DNA of 49,416 nt from Erwinia sp. (GCF_031978025.1 NZ_DALZCD010000001.1:1-49416); one strand, 5' to 3'; numbered from the stretch's first letter, positions 1-10,063 are shown. Numbers and translations: made by a program. Notes: generated by a model from the sequence alone, not told the origin.

Positions 1-735
1 ATCGGCCTGCGCGTCAGCCATGGCTGCGTGCGTCTGCGTGCCGACGATATCAAATGGCTGTTCGACAATATTCCAGTCGGTACGCGCGTGCAGTTTATCG
101 ATCAGCCGGTGAAAGCGAGCGTGGAGCCGGACGGCACCCGTTATATCGAGGTGCATAACCCGCTGTCGCAGACTGAAGAGCAGTTTAACTCTCGCGAGCC
201 GGTGCCGCTGACGCTGACTGCGGCCGTGAATAAAGTGGTTAGCGATGCCAGCGTGGACAGCGCCAGCCTTGAAGCCGCACTAAAAGATCGTACCGGGATG
301 CCGACCAAGGTTAACGGGGCAGCCGGTAACGGCTATGCCGCTCCGATCCCGGTCCAGGAAAACGAAGGCGCGCAGCCGACCGAAAAACCGGCCACGCCGG
401 TTACGCCGCAGGGCGCTAACGCGGGGGAGGCTGCTCCTGCCGCAACGGTTGACGGCCAGCCTGCACCTGTAGAGGGTCAGACCAACGGCACGCAGCAGGC
501 TCCTGCCGCGAACGACAATAGCCAGCCCCCTGTAGAGGGTCAGACCAACGGCACGCAGCAGGCTCCTGCCGCGAACGATAATGGTCAACCCGCACCTGCA
601 GAAGGCCAGGCCACCGATACGCAGCAGGCTCCTGCGGCAACCGGCAGCAGCTTTATCGTTCCGGCGCAGCCTGGCCCGGTTTACGATAAAACCTCTAAAG
701 TGACAGGTAAAACCGTTACGCCAGCACAGTCGTAA
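1..735 (+). CDS. ldtB: L,D-transpeptidase (YbiS/LdtB type), 5'-truncated by the window edge, with a long Pro/Ala/Gln-rich C-terminal tail
   Basis: Frame from base 1 reads [13 protein letters not shown] (YkuD catalytic SHGC motif), then Ldt C-domain-like [16 protein letters not shown]; stop TAA at 733-735. Paralog identity (ldtB vs ldtA/C/E) is inferred from sequence resemblance and position near rhlE. Confidence 0.8.
   Translation: MGLRVSHGCVRLRADDIKWLFDNIPVGTRVQFIDQPVKASVEPDGTRYIEVHNPLSQTEEQFNSREPVPLTLTAAVNKVVSDASVDSASLEAALKDRTGMPTKVNGAAGNGYAAPIPVQENEGAQPTEKPATPVTPQGANAGEAAPAATVDGQPAPVEGQTNGTQQAPAANDNSQPPVEGQTNGTQQAPAANDNGQPAPAEGQATDTQQAPAATGSSFIVPAQPGPVYDKTSKVTGKTVTPAQS
466..639 (+). repeat. 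Coding tandem repeat of 63-66 bp units ([18 protein letters not shown][S/G]QP)
   Basis: Near-identical units start at 466 and 529 (cctgtagagggtcagaccaacggcacgcagcaggctcctgccgcgaacga); a diverged third unit starts at 595. Confidence 0.9.
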
Positions 736-762
736 CCGAATGCCTGGTCTTCACTGACCAGC

Positions 763-792
763 AAAAACGGGCCTAATGGCCCGTTTTTTTTT
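763..792 (+). terminator. Rho-independent terminator after ldtB
   Basis: AAAAACGGGCC-TAAT-GGCCCGTTTTTTTTT hairpin with U-tract. Confidence 0.9.
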
Positions 793-1041
793 ACCTGTTA
801 TCGGCTGCGGCAACTTCTGAAGGAAGATCGCCTGAACCGGATAACGGATTAAAAGAGGCTGCCGTGTTTTACTTCATGCTGCACAGGCAAATAAAGCCAG
901 ACTTAATTTAATGCCTTATTTTTACGTTAACCGGGACATAAACAAGCCCATCCCCCCTGAAAACCGGCCGCGCTGGCCCTTTTTAATCGGCTATTTTTTT
1001 CATTTCTCATCGACAATTCCGTGAAATTTCCGCCTCTATTC

Positions 1042-1057
1042 TGTGATCGTTTTCAAT
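1042..1057 (+). promoter_or_regulatory. Putative CRP site upstream of treB
   Basis: TGTGA-TCGTTT-TCAAT, 8/10 match to TGTGA-N6-TCACA, upstream of a PTS sugar gene. Confidence 0.5.
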
Positions 1058-1186
1058 AATCAGAACATTGGCGCCTGGGGTTATTTTTTAAGCAGCTATG
1101 TTTTCATTACGTTTTAAAAACGTGACGTCATTTCATTAAAATAACACTCACCGTCAGACTTCTCTGTCCCCTCTGGAAGGCAAAAA

Positions 1187-2608
1187 ATGGCGAAAAAAAG
1201 CAATGCTCAGGATATTGATAAGCTGATCGAGATGGTTGGCGGAAAAAGCAATATAGCCACGGTAAGCCATTGTATTACCCGGCTCAGATTTGTGCTTAAC
1301 GATCCGGCGAAAGCCAGGCCCAAAGAGATTGAAACGCTACCGATGGTAAAGGGCTGTTTTACCAATGCCGGACAGTTTCAGGTCGTTATTGGTACGGACG
1401 TGGATGACTGGTATCAGGTGCTGCTCAAGCAGACGCAGCTTAGCGGCACGGATAAAGAAAGCGCCAAGCGGGTAGCCCGACAAAATATGAAATGGCACGA
1501 AAGCCTGATTTCGCACTTTGCCGAAATCTTTTTCCCGCTGCTGCCGGCGTTAATCAGCGGAGGATTAATATTAGGCTTTCGCAATCTGATTGGCGATTTA
1601 CCGCTTTATCACGACGCCCCGCTTACCGCAGCCTCGGTCGTCTGGAAAAGCATTTACGATTTTCTGTGGCTAATCGGCGAGGCGATTTTCTTTTATATCC
1701 CGGTAGGCCTGTGCTGGTCGGTAGTAAAAAAAATGGGCGGCACGCCGATTCTGGGCATTGTGCTGGGGATCACCCTGGTTTCACCGCAGCTGATGAATGC
1801 TTATCTGCTGGGCCAACAGGTGCCCGAGTCGTGGAATTTTGGCTGGTTCACTATCGATAAGGTCGGTTATCAGTCTCAGGTTATTCCCTCTATTCTGGCG
1901 GGCCTGACGCTGGCCTGGGTCGAGCTTAAGCTAAAACGTATCGTGCCCGATTATTTAACGCTGGTCGTGGTGCCGGTTGTGTCGCTGCTGATTGCGGTCT
2001 TCCTGGCGCATACCCTTATTGGGCCGTTTGGTCGCATTATAGGGAACGGGATTGCCTGGGGCGTAAGTCACCTGATGACCGGGCCCTTTGCACCCGTTGG
2101 CGCTGCGCTGTTCGGATTTCTCTATGCGCCGCTTGTCATTACCGGCGTACATCAAACTACGCTGGCAGTAGATTTACAGCTTATCCAGAACCTTGGCGGC
2201 ACGCCCGTCTGGCCTATTATCGCCCTGTCGAATATGGCGCAGGGCTCGGCGGTGTTGGGCATCATCTTTATGAGTAAGAAAGTGAACGAGCGGGAAATTT
2301 CCGTGCCGGCGGCTATTTCCGCTTATCTGGGCGTGACCGAGCCGGCTATGTACGGGATCAACATGAAATACCGTTTTCCCATGTTGTGCGGCATGGTGGG
2401 ATCGGCCTGTGCCGGTCTGATTTGCGGGCTGTCTGGCGTCATGGCTAACGGGATTGGCGTCGGCGGCCTGCCGGCGATTTTATCGGTCAAAACGCAATAT
2501 TGGGGCGTGTTTGGCATGGCAATGGTTGTCGCCATTGTTATTCCGCTGCTGCTCACCATGGCGATTTATAAACGTAAAAAGGCCGCTGGTAAGCTGCTGG
2601 TAGTCTGA
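1187..2608 (+). CDS. treB: PTS trehalose-specific EIIBC component
   Basis: 473 aa; EIIB motif SHCITRLRF, GCFTNAGQFQVVIG, EIIC motifs ITGVHQT and GVTEPAMYG; closely resembles enterobacterial TreB. Confidence 0.9.
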   Translation: MAKKSNAQDIDKLIEMVGGKSNIATVSHCITRLRFVLNDPAKARPKEIETLPMVKGCFTNAGQFQVVIGTDVDDWYQVLLKQTQLSGTDKESAKRVARQNMKWHESLISHFAEIFFPLLPALISGGLILGFRNLIGDLPLYHDAPLTAASVVWKSIYDFLWLIGEAIFFYIPVGLCWSVVKKMGGTPILGIVLGITLVSPQLMNAYLLGQQVPESWNFGWFTIDKVGYQSQVIPSILAGLTLAWVELKLKRIVPDYLTLVVVPVVSLLIAVFLAHTLIGPFGRIIGNGIAWGVSHLMTGPFAPVGAALFGFLYAPLVITGVHQTTLAVDLQLIQNLGGTPVWPIIALSNMAQGSAVLGIIFMSKKVNEREISVPAAISAYLGVTEPAMYGINMKYRFPMLCGMVGSACAGLICGLSGVMANGIGVGGLPAILSVKTQYWGVFGMAMVVAIVIPLLLTMAIYKRKKAAGKLLVV

Positions 2609-2661
2609 GTAAAAGAGTGGATAAAGCGGGCTACACGGCACGCTTCTGCCGGTGAAGCCCG

Positions 2662-3675
2662 CTACCACTTCAGGCCCAGGCCAGTCGTAAAGTTACGCTC
2701 GTTTAGCGTATCGCGCGTGCCGCTGACCAGGTTATGGCCGTAGCTGACATTCAGCGATGACCAGCTGGTCAACTGGTAGCGCAGGCCGACCTCCGCATCC
2801 AGCGAAAAGATGTTGCCATCCAGCGAGTGTCCGGTGTCGCCGCGGCTGAACAAAGCAATCTTTCTGCCCTCAAGAAAGCGCTGGTAGTCCCAGCGCAGCG
2901 ACGCGCCCAAATGACTGTCTTCACTTCCGTCGCTGTAGCCGTAGGTAAATGCGCCTCCCAGCAACGCCAGCGAGAAAGACCCCAGCTCGTTATCCCAGAA
3001 CTGGTAGCCAGGGCCGGTGCCCAGCAAAGCCTGTTCTGAAAGATCCTCCACCCAGTCACGCTTGTAGCTGGCCCTGCCCTGCCAGAACAGGCGTTCCTGG
3101 AACTTATAGTCCAGCGCGTAGCGCAAACTGTAGTTTTCCGTGTTCATGCTGTCGTCTTCTTTCTCGCGCGTAAAAGTGCCGCCGAAATCGTTACGCCATT
3201 TGCCGACGTTAATTTTATTGTTGTAGGAAAAATGGGAGTCCTGAGTACGGGTTGACGCTTTTTTCAGGCTAACGCCCACGTCTATATTACCGGTCCAGGT
3301 CAGTGAGTCGGTTTTGGCTTTCGGCTTCATAAACTCTTCAAACCTGGCAACCTGTACGCGCTGCTCTTCAGTGCCCTTTCGCACCACGATATAACCGGGT
3401 TCGGCGGCCTTCAGCTGCGCTTTAAGGACGGTTTTGCCGCTGCGCAGATCTATCGGCTTGTCGCTGGAGAGCGTACTGACCGCCCCCCAGTCAAGCGAGA
3501 GCGTCCCGCCATAAGGGCTATCCATCACCAGTTTTTTATCACTTAGCGAGCGTAGAGTGCCGCTAAGGCGGTCTCCATTTTTCATCCAGACCGTATCGGC
3601 ACGGGCCGTCCCCGTTGTTAACACAGACAGTAATAGCAGGCCGGTCAGTCCCGGGCGGGATAAGGCAAAAGACAT
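2662..3675 (-). CDS. DUF481/YdiY-family outer-membrane beta-barrel protein with N-terminal soluble domain
   Basis: Signal peptide ending ARA-D, DTVWMKNGDRLSG N-terminal motif, amphipathic beta strands, GTGPGYQFWD motif, C-terminal aromatic residue (GLGLKW). Confidence 0.75.
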   Translation of the reverse strand: MSFALSRPGLTGLLLLSVLTTGTARADTVWMKNGDRLSGTLRSLSDKKLVMDSPYGGTLSLDWGAVSTLSSDKPIDLRSGKTVLKAQLKAAEPGYIVVRKGTEEQRVQVARFEEFMKPKAKTDSLTWTGNIDVGVSLKKASTRTQDSHFSYNNKINVGKWRNDFGGTFTREKEDDSMNTENYSLRYALDYKFQERLFWQGRASYKRDWVEDLSEQALLGTGPGYQFWDNELGSFSLALLGGAFTYGYSDGSEDSHLGASLRWDYQRFLEGRKIALFSRGDTGHSLDGNIFSLDAEVGLRYQLTSWSSLNVSYGHNLVSGTRDTLNERNFTTGLGLKW

Positions 3676-3819
3676 AAGCAGGGGGACAATCCTCTGAAAC
3701 AGCAGACGGGGTTGGCTATACTTTAGTTGATAACTTGCCCGTTAATCAGCGGGATATATCTGATAAATAAGGCGATTAACCTCAGGTGACGTGTTAATAC
3801 GCTTTTCGCGGCCCCGTTT

Positions 3820-3837
3820 CGGTCATCTTACTGTCAT
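3820..3837 (+). promoter_or_regulatory. Putative PHO box (PhoB site)
   Basis: CGGTCAT-CTTA-CTGTCAT, an 11-bp-period direct repeat matching CTGTCAT-N4-CTGTCAT, about 60 bp upstream of a phosphate transporter. Confidence 0.55.
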
Positions 3838-3895
3838 CAACTCTGCGTACACCTTCAGACAGGTGTCTCTTTTTCGCTGACGGCTGAGAGGATTT

Positions 3896-5503
3896 ATGAG
3901 CGACAACAGCGCAATTCCGCACTATCCGGCGGCCAGCAGTCGCCCCGTGTTTCAAAAAAACAGTCGGCTTTCGATCCTGCTGTTTATCCTGCTGCTGCTT
4001 TTGGGTATCGCCTTTGCTGGCGTGAATCTTTTTCACGACGTCACCGACGCAGGCAGCGCCAGCACCAGCTACGTTCCTTATCTGCTGCTCGGGATGGCAT
4101 TGCTGATTGCCCTGGGCTTTGAGTTCGTTAACGGCTTTCACGATACGGCTAACGCCGTGGCAACGGTGATCTATACCCATTCCCTTACGCCAACTGTGGC
4201 GGTAATCTGGTCAGGATTCTTTAACTTTTTGGGCGTCCTGCTTTCCAGCGGCGTGGTGGCTTTCGGTATTATCTCGCTGCTGCCGGTAGAGTTAATTTTA
4301 CAGGCGAGCAGCGGTGGCGGCTTTGCGATGGTTTACGCGCTGCTTTTCTCCGCCATCCTCTGGAACCTGGGGACGTGGTGGTTTGGCCTGCCAGCCTCCT
4401 CCTCCCATACGCTTATCGGCTCTATTATCGGCGTTGGCGTGGCAAATGCGCTGATCCACGGCCGTACCGGCACCAGCGGTGTGGATTGGGATCAGGCGCT
4501 GAAAGTAGGTTATGCGCTGCTGCTGTCGCCGGTAGTCGGCTTTGTCTGCGCGGGCCTGCTGTTGCTGTTGATGAAGCGGCTGGTGAAAAATCGCCGTCTG
4601 TATAGTGCGCCACAGGGCGACCGTAAGCCACCGGTCTGGATACGCGGGCTGCTGATTTTAACCTGTACCGGCGTCTCTTTTGCACACGGCTCCAATGACG
4701 GGCAGAAAGGGATGGGGCTGATTATGCTGATCCTGGTGGGCACCATGCCGATGGCCTACGCGCTGAACCGTTCTATTCCTGCGGAGCAAAGCCCACGCGT
4801 AGCGGCGCTGGCTACCGTGACGCAACAGGAGCTGCTGCGCCAGTCGCCCGGCGTCCCGGCCCCGGCTTCTCCCTACAATGTGCTGACAGCCTATGTGCGC
4901 ACCACGACGCTAACGCCGCAGGTTCTGCCTGCCCTGGCGCAGCTAACCGGGGCTATTGGCGATCAGATCCGTCAATATGGCACCGTAGATAAAATACCGG
5001 CCGGGGCGGTTTCTAATACCCGCAACAATATGTATCTGGCTTCGGAAACCATTAAGCATCTGAAAAGCGAACCGCAGTTCAAACTCCCTGCTCAGACCCA
5101 GCGCGATCTGGATGCGCTAAAGGCGGAGCTGGATAACGCTACGCGCTTTATACCCTGGTGGGTGAAGGTTGTGGTGGCTATCGCGCTGGGCCTGGGGACG
5201 ATGGTAGGCTGGCGTAGGATCGTGGTAACGGTGGGAGAAAAAATCGGCAAGACGCATCTGAGTTACGCTCAGGGTGCAAGCGCAGAGCTGGTGGCGATGG
5301 CGACTATTGGCGCCGCAGACGGCTTTGGCCTGCCGGTTTCCACTACACACGTCCTCTCTTCCGGCGTGGCCGGTACCATGGCGGCTAACCGGTCCGGACT
5401 ACAGCTTGCCACGCTGCGCAACCTGGCCATGGCCTGGATATTAACGCTGCCGGTGTCGATTGTGCTTTCCGCGTCCCTTTACTGGCTCTTCACCCGCTTT
5501 TAA
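3896..5503 (+). CDS. Inorganic phosphate transporter, Pit/PHO4 family
   Basis: Two PHO4 motifs (NGFHDTANAVAT; SFAHGSNDGQKGMG), LPASSSH and PVSTTHVLSSG; many TM segments. Confidence 0.9.
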   Translation: MSDNSAIPHYPAASSRPVFQKNSRLSILLFILLLLLGIAFAGVNLFHDVTDAGSASTSYVPYLLLGMALLIALGFEFVNGFHDTANAVATVIYTHSLTPTVAVIWSGFFNFLGVLLSSGVVAFGIISLLPVELILQASSGGGFAMVYALLFSAILWNLGTWWFGLPASSSHTLIGSIIGVGVANALIHGRTGTSGVDWDQALKVGYALLLSPVVGFVCAGLLLLLMKRLVKNRRLYSAPQGDRKPPVWIRGLLILTCTGVSFAHGSNDGQKGMGLIMLILVGTMPMAYALNRSIPAEQSPRVAALATVTQQELLRQSPGVPAPASPYNVLTAYVRTTTLTPQVLPALAQLTGAIGDQIRQYGTVDKIPAGAVSNTRNNMYLASETIKHLKSEPQFKLPAQTQRDLDALKAELDNATRFIPWWVKVVVAIALGLGTMVGWRRIVVTVGEKIGKTHLSYAQGASAELVAMATIGAADGFGLPVSTTHVLSSGVAGTMAANRSGLQLATLRNLAMAWILTLPVSIVLSASLYWLFTRF

Positions 5504-5515
5504 ACGCTGTTTTCA

Positions 5516-5538
5516 GGCTGCATCCTTGTGATGCAGCC
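5516..5538. terminator. Hairpin between convergent Pit and MFS genes
   Basis: GGCTGCATC-CTTGT-GATGCAGCC, perfect 9-bp stem; no strong U-tract. Confidence 0.5.
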
Positions 5539-5539
5539 A

Positions 5540-6733
5540 TCAGCTCGTTTCTGGCGTCGCGCTCGCTCGCTGACGCAGCCGCATAATGACTATCAGCGCA
5601 AACAGCACCACAATGGCCGTCGCCAGATAGACGGTATCAATATCCCACCACCCCATCAGCAGACCGGCCACCGGCCCGGTAATGCCTAAGCCGAAATCCA
5701 GAAAGGCAGAATAGAGGCCAAGCGCCGATCCCTGGTTTTGCGGCGCAACCTGCCTGATGGCTTCCACGCCCAGCGCCGGAAAGATCAGCGAGAAGCCGGA
5801 GCCGGTGAGAAAGGCACCGATATCCGCCATCAGCGACGAGTGCGCCTGCCAGAGGATCAGTAACCCGATGCTCTCAATAGCAAAAGAACAGGCAGAAACG
5901 CGCAGGCCGCCAAACCGGCTGATAACATTGCCGAACACCAGGCGCACCATCACAAAGCCCATGCTGAACAGCGTCAGCGAAAAGGCCGCGCCATGCCAGC
6001 CGTGACGGGCGAAATAGAGCGTAATAAAGGTAGCGATAGCGCCAAAACCAATCGTTCCTAATCCCAGACACAACCCGTACGGCCAGATACGGAAAAACAC
6101 CTGGGTAAACGGAATACGCTGGCCTGTGGTCACCACGACTGCCGGCCGCCGGGTTGCCAGCCAGAAGCCGAAAACCGCCATCAACACAATCAATCCGGCA
6201 AATCCGGGAATGCCAAAGGCGGTATTGAGCAGGACGCCCAGCGGGGCGCCCAGGGCCATCGCCAGATAGGTCGCCACGCCATTCCAGGAGATCACCCGTG
6301 CGCTTTGGGTGGTGCCGACAATATTAATGCCCCAGAGAATGGAGCCGGTGGCCGTCAGGCTTTCACCCAGCCCCAGCACCACTCGTCCGGCCGCTAACAA
6401 TATCAGGCTGGTCAGCGGCGCGCTGGCTATGACCGCCAGAATGCTGAACAAGCCGCTGACCCCGCACAGGATCAGCCCCATCATGACCACTTTTTTTGGG
6501 CCAAGGAGATCGGCATAGCGCCCGGCCTGCGGGCGGCTGATCAGGGTAGCAAAGTATTGCAGGCTGATAATTAACCCGGCAATAAAGGTGCTGTAACCCA
6601 GCTGGTTATGCACATAGCCCGGCAGTACCGCCAGCGGCAGACCGATAGAGAGGTAGCAAAAGAAGGTAAAGATCACTACGGAAATGATGCGCTTGTTAAG
6701 CTGAGCGCGGGATAAGGCTGGGGTTGCAGACAT
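5540..6733 (-). CDS. yhhS: MFS transporter, YhhS/YfcJ family
   Basis: 397 aa, about 12 TM; YLSIGLPLAVLPGYVH, RPQAGRYADLLGPKK (MFS motif A), VISWNGVATY. Confidence 0.75.
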   Translation of the reverse strand: MSATPALSRAQLNKRIISVVIFTFFCYLSIGLPLAVLPGYVHNQLGYSTFIAGLIISLQYFATLISRPQAGRYADLLGPKKVVMMGLILCGVSGLFSILAVIASAPLTSLILLAAGRVVLGLGESLTATGSILWGINIVGTTQSARVISWNGVATYLAMALGAPLGVLLNTAFGIPGFAGLIVLMAVFGFWLATRRPAVVVTTGQRIPFTQVFFRIWPYGLCLGLGTIGFGAIATFITLYFARHGWHGAAFSLTLFSMGFVMVRLVFGNVISRFGGLRVSACSFAIESIGLLILWQAHSSLMADIGAFLTGSGFSLIFPALGVEAIRQVAPQNQGSALGLYSAFLDFGLGITGPVAGLLMGWWDIDTVYLATAIVVLFALIVIMRLRQRASATPETS

Positions 6734-6832
6734 GTCGGAGCCGGAAAATGAGAGTGATAAGCCTGCATTATACCTTAGCAGGCTAAGAGATTTCGCGGCA
6801 AAATGTTACAAACTTGTAATTTATATGGTGAG

Positions 6833-7780
6833 CTACCTCACCGTTAACGCGTAACGATCCACCGCCAGCGCGATCTCGCCTGAGGATTTCAGTGCGCGTA
6901 CCTGGCTAAACAGATTGTTGGCTTCCTGATAGGCTTTGCGCAAATAGCCCAGCCACTGTTTGATTCTGGCAACATGATAGAGGCCCGTATCGCCCTGTTT
7001 TTCCAGCTGCACGTAGCGTTGCAGCAGCATGACGACCTGCGGCCAGGGCAAAGGCGACTCGTTATATTTGATTACCCGGCTCAGGTTGGGCACGTTAAGC
7101 GCGCCGCGCCCAATCATCACGGCGTCACATCCCGTTACCTGCAGACAATCCTGCGCGCTTTGCCAGTCCCAAATCTCACCGTTGGCGATAACCGGGATAG
7201 TCAGTCGCTGACGGATTTCACCGATCGCCTGCCAGTTGATACGCTCCGGCCTGTAGCCGTCTTCTTTAGTGCGCCCGTGTACCGCCAGTTCGGTGGCACC
7301 AGCCTGCTCTACCGCATCCGCGATTTCAAACTGTCGCGCGCCGGATTCCCACCCCAGCCGTACTTTAACCGTCACCGGCAAATGGGCAGGAACGGCTTCG
7401 CGCATCGCTTTCGCGCCACGATAAATCAGCTCGGGATCTTTCAGCAGAGTGGCGCCGCCGCCGCTGCCGTTAACGGTTTTGGAAGGGCAGCCGCAGTTTA
7501 AATCGACTCCCCAGGAGCCCAGCTCCACCGCACGCGCCGCATTCTCTGCCAGCCATTCCGGATACTGACCCAGCAGCTGAATGCGCACCAGCGTGCCGGA
7601 AGGCGTACGGCTGGCGTGATGCAGCTCAGGACAGAGCCGGTAAAAGGATTTGGCAGGCAAAAGCTGATCGACCACCCGCAGGAATTCGGTGATGCAGAGA
7701 TCGTAATCGTTGACGTCGGTGAGCAGTTCGCGCACCAGTGAATCAAGCACGCCCTCCATCGGGGCCAGTAAAACGCGCAT
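6833..7780 (-). CDS. dusC: tRNA-dihydrouridine(16) synthase DusC
   Basis: [13 protein letters not shown] start, [25 protein letters not shown] motifs. Confidence 0.95.
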   Translation of the reverse strand: MRVLLAPMEGVLDSLVRELLTDVNDYDLCITEFLRVVDQLLPAKSFYRLCPELHHASRTPSGTLVRIQLLGQYPEWLAENAARAVELGSWGVDLNCGCPSKTVNGSGGGATLLKDPELIYRGAKAMREAVPAHLPVTVKVRLGWESGARQFEIADAVEQAGATELAVHGRTKEDGYRPERINWQAIGEIRQRLTIPVIANGEIWDWQSAQDCLQVTGCDAVMIGRGALNVPNLSRVIKYNESPLPWPQVVMLLQRYVQLEKQGDTGLYHVARIKQWLGYLRKAYQEANNLFSQVRALKSSGEIALAVDRYALTVR

Positions 7781-7831
7781 GTCACAAACCGTTGCTGATA
7801 GAAAAAAGAGGAGACTGGCTTAGCCGCCAGC

Positions 7832-7863
7832 AAAAAAAAGGGGATCGGAAGATCCCCTTTTTT
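7832..7863. terminator. Terminator after rhlE (A/T tails on both sides)
   Basis: AAAAAAAAGGGGATC-GGAA-GATCCCCTTTTTT. Confidence 0.9.
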
Positions 7864-7888
7864 ACCGTTTACCGTTTACCGTTTACCG
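7861..7888. repeat. Heptanucleotide tandem repeat (TTTACCG)x4
   Basis: Four exact copies at 7861, 7868, 7875 and 7882, between the rhlE stop and its terminator. Confidence 0.95.
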
Positions 7889-9298
7889 TTACGCCGGGTT
7901 GGAGCGACGCTGACGGGTTTTATTCGTACGCGGTGCACCAGCGCTTTCGCCCTGACGACGTGGGCCGTTGCCCTGTCGCTCTGACTGGCTACGCTCGCCG
8001 CTGGCTGCCTGTCCACGACCGCCGCCGCTACCGCTACGGTTGCCGCTCTGGCTACGCTCGCCACCGCGATTACCCTGCGGTGCACCACGACCTCGGCCTG
8101 CACCGCCGCCGCCGCCGCGCTGCTGACGACCGTTCTGAATCGGCTCTGCTTTAATGCTCGGATCCGGCTCGTAACCTTCAATAGCGATACGCGGGATCTC
8201 ACGCTTCAGCACGCGTTCGATATCGCGCAGCAGCTTGTGCTCGTCCACACAGACCAGCGACAGCGCTTCGCCGGTGGCCGCAGCACGGCCTGTACGGCCA
8301 ATACGGTGTACGTAATCTTCCGGCACGTTTGGCAGCTCATAGTTCACGACGTGCGGCAGTTCGGAAATATCGATACCACGCGCGGCGATATCGGTCGCCA
8401 CCAGTACGCGAATATTGCCGTCTTTAAAATCGCTCAGTGCACGGGTACGCGCGCCCTGGCTCTTGTTGCCGTGGATCGCTGCCGCAGTGATGCCATCTTT
8501 ATTCAGCTGTTCAGCCAGATGGTTAGCACCGTGCTTGGTACGGGTAAACACCAGCACCTGCTGCCAGTTGTCACGGCCGATCAGGAAAGAAAGCAGTTCC
8601 CGCTTGCGCTTTTTATCTACAAAATGCACATGCTGGGTAATCTGCTCGGAAGCGGTGTTGCGGCGAGCCACTTCCACCTGCTCCGGGTTGTGCAGCAATT
8701 TTTCCGCCAGGGTTTTGATCTCGTCAGAGAAGGTAGCGGAGAACAGCAGATTTTGACGCTTAGCCGGCAGCTTGGACAGCACGCGACGGATATCGTGGAT
8801 AAAGCCCATATCCAGCATACGGTCCGCTTCGTCCAGCACCAGAATTTCGACCTGAGACAGATCCAGCGCGTTCTGATGCTCCAGATCCAGCAGACGGCCA
8901 GGCGTTGCCACCAGCACGTCGACGCCGCCGCGCAGTTTCATCATCTGCGGATTGATGCTGACGCCGCCGAAGACGACCAGCGAGCGCAGATCCAGGTATT
9001 TACTGTAATCACGAACGTTTTCGCCCACCTGCGCAGCCAGCTCGCGGGTTGGGGTTAAGATCAGCGCACGAACAGGGCGACGACCTTTTGGATGCGGGCT
9101 TGAAGTGCTTAGCAGCTGCAGCAGCGGCAGGGTAAAACCAGCGGTTTTACCGGTACCGGTCTGGGCGCTGGCCATCAGGTCACGCCCGCCAAGCACTACA
9201 GGGATCGCCTGACGCTGAATCGGGGTTGGCTCGTTATAGCCCTGTTCGGTAACGGCACGCAAAATATCGGCATTAAGGCCGAGAGAATCAAATGACAT
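7889..9298 (-). CDS. rhlE: ATP-dependent DEAD-box RNA helicase RhlE
   Basis: [21 protein letters not shown] and HRIGRTGR motifs; MSFDSLGL start; G/R-rich C-tail. Confidence 0.95.
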   Translation of the reverse strand: MSFDSLGLNADILRAVTEQGYNEPTPIQRQAIPVVLGGRDLMASAQTGTGKTAGFTLPLLQLLSTSSPHPKGRRPVRALILTPTRELAAQVGENVRDYSKYLDLRSLVVFGGVSINPQMMKLRGGVDVLVATPGRLLDLEHQNALDLSQVEILVLDEADRMLDMGFIHDIRRVLSKLPAKRQNLLFSATFSDEIKTLAEKLLHNPEQVEVARRNTASEQITQHVHFVDKKRKRELLSFLIGRDNWQQVLVFTRTKHGANHLAEQLNKDGITAAAIHGNKSQGARTRALSDFKDGNIRVLVATDIAARGIDISELPHVVNYELPNVPEDYVHRIGRTGRAAATGEALSLVCVDEHKLLRDIERVLKREIPRIAIEGYEPDPSIKAEPIQNGRQQRGGGGGAGRGRGAPQGNRGGERSQSGNRSGSGGGRGQAASGERSQSERQGNGPRRQGESAGAPRTNKTRQRRSNPA

Positions 9299-9541
9299 AA
9301 AGTTGACTGACTCCGGTTCCGCCCTGACCGCGACAAGCGGTGTAGTTTCCAGGGGGAGAATATGACGCCAGGCTCAGCCTGACGCTTGAAAGGGGGCACA
9401 AACCACGGTGCGTAAGGGCCGGATTATAACAGATGTTACGCGTCCGGAGCGAAATATTCTTTCGCGGCCTGAAAAGTGACGGGGGGACAGCGGAAAAGCA
9501 GAGGGAGAGTAAGATGGCGGGCCATTACGGCCCGCCCGGCT

Positions 9542-9922
9542 TTAACGGCGAGCGCGCACCGGCTCTTTAGCCAGCAGCGACACTACGGCAGGGCCGGTCA
9601 GCATGACTACGCCAACGCAACCCAGCAGCAGGTTGTTATGCACGACACGAGAAAGCAGAAACAGCACCAGCATTGCGGCGCCAAAATAGTAAGTGGTGGT
9701 GACGTCTTCCAAAAAGTCGCCCAGGCGACGTAAGCGCGGCATATGTTGGGCCGGCAGCATAGCGATAAAGACGCTGGCATACATCGCCAGTAACACCGAG
9801 CTGACCTGCAACAGCGCATGATGTTTCCAGCCCCAAACGAGGGCGGCGATCAGCAGCAGGTGCAGCGTGATATGGACAAGGGTTTGTCCGGTAACAATCT
9901 GAACACGATTGGACCACTTCAT
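9542..9922 (-). CDS. ybhQ: Inner membrane protein YbhQ
   Basis: MKWSNRVQIVTGQT start, LEDVTTTYYFGAA motif; divergent from ybhP as in E. coli. Confidence 0.85.
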   Translation of the reverse strand: MKWSNRVQIVTGQTLVHITLHLLLIAALVWGWKHHALLQVSSVLLAMYASVFIAMLPAQHMPRLRRLGDFLEDVTTTYYFGAAMLVLFLLSRVVHNNLLLGCVGVVMLTGPAVVSLLAKEPVRARR

Positions 9923-10063
9923 TTTTTATCTCCCGGCAGACCCAACGGCGATCTGCCCAAGCCTGGCTATCACAGTAAGTGATAACGCATTTCATCAGAC
10001 TACCGTAGTTCTTAATTAATGCCGTAAATTTCTGCACTTAGCGGCACACTTTTGTGACAAGGA

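Noticed and set aside
6806..6819. Near-palindrome TTACAAACTTGTAA upstream of the MFS gene
   Set aside because: Could be an operator, but it is short, AT-rich and not assignable to a regulator.
8237..9058. 273-aa ORF antisense to rhlE
   Set aside because: Shadow ORF fully overlapping a conserved gene; no recognisable motifs.
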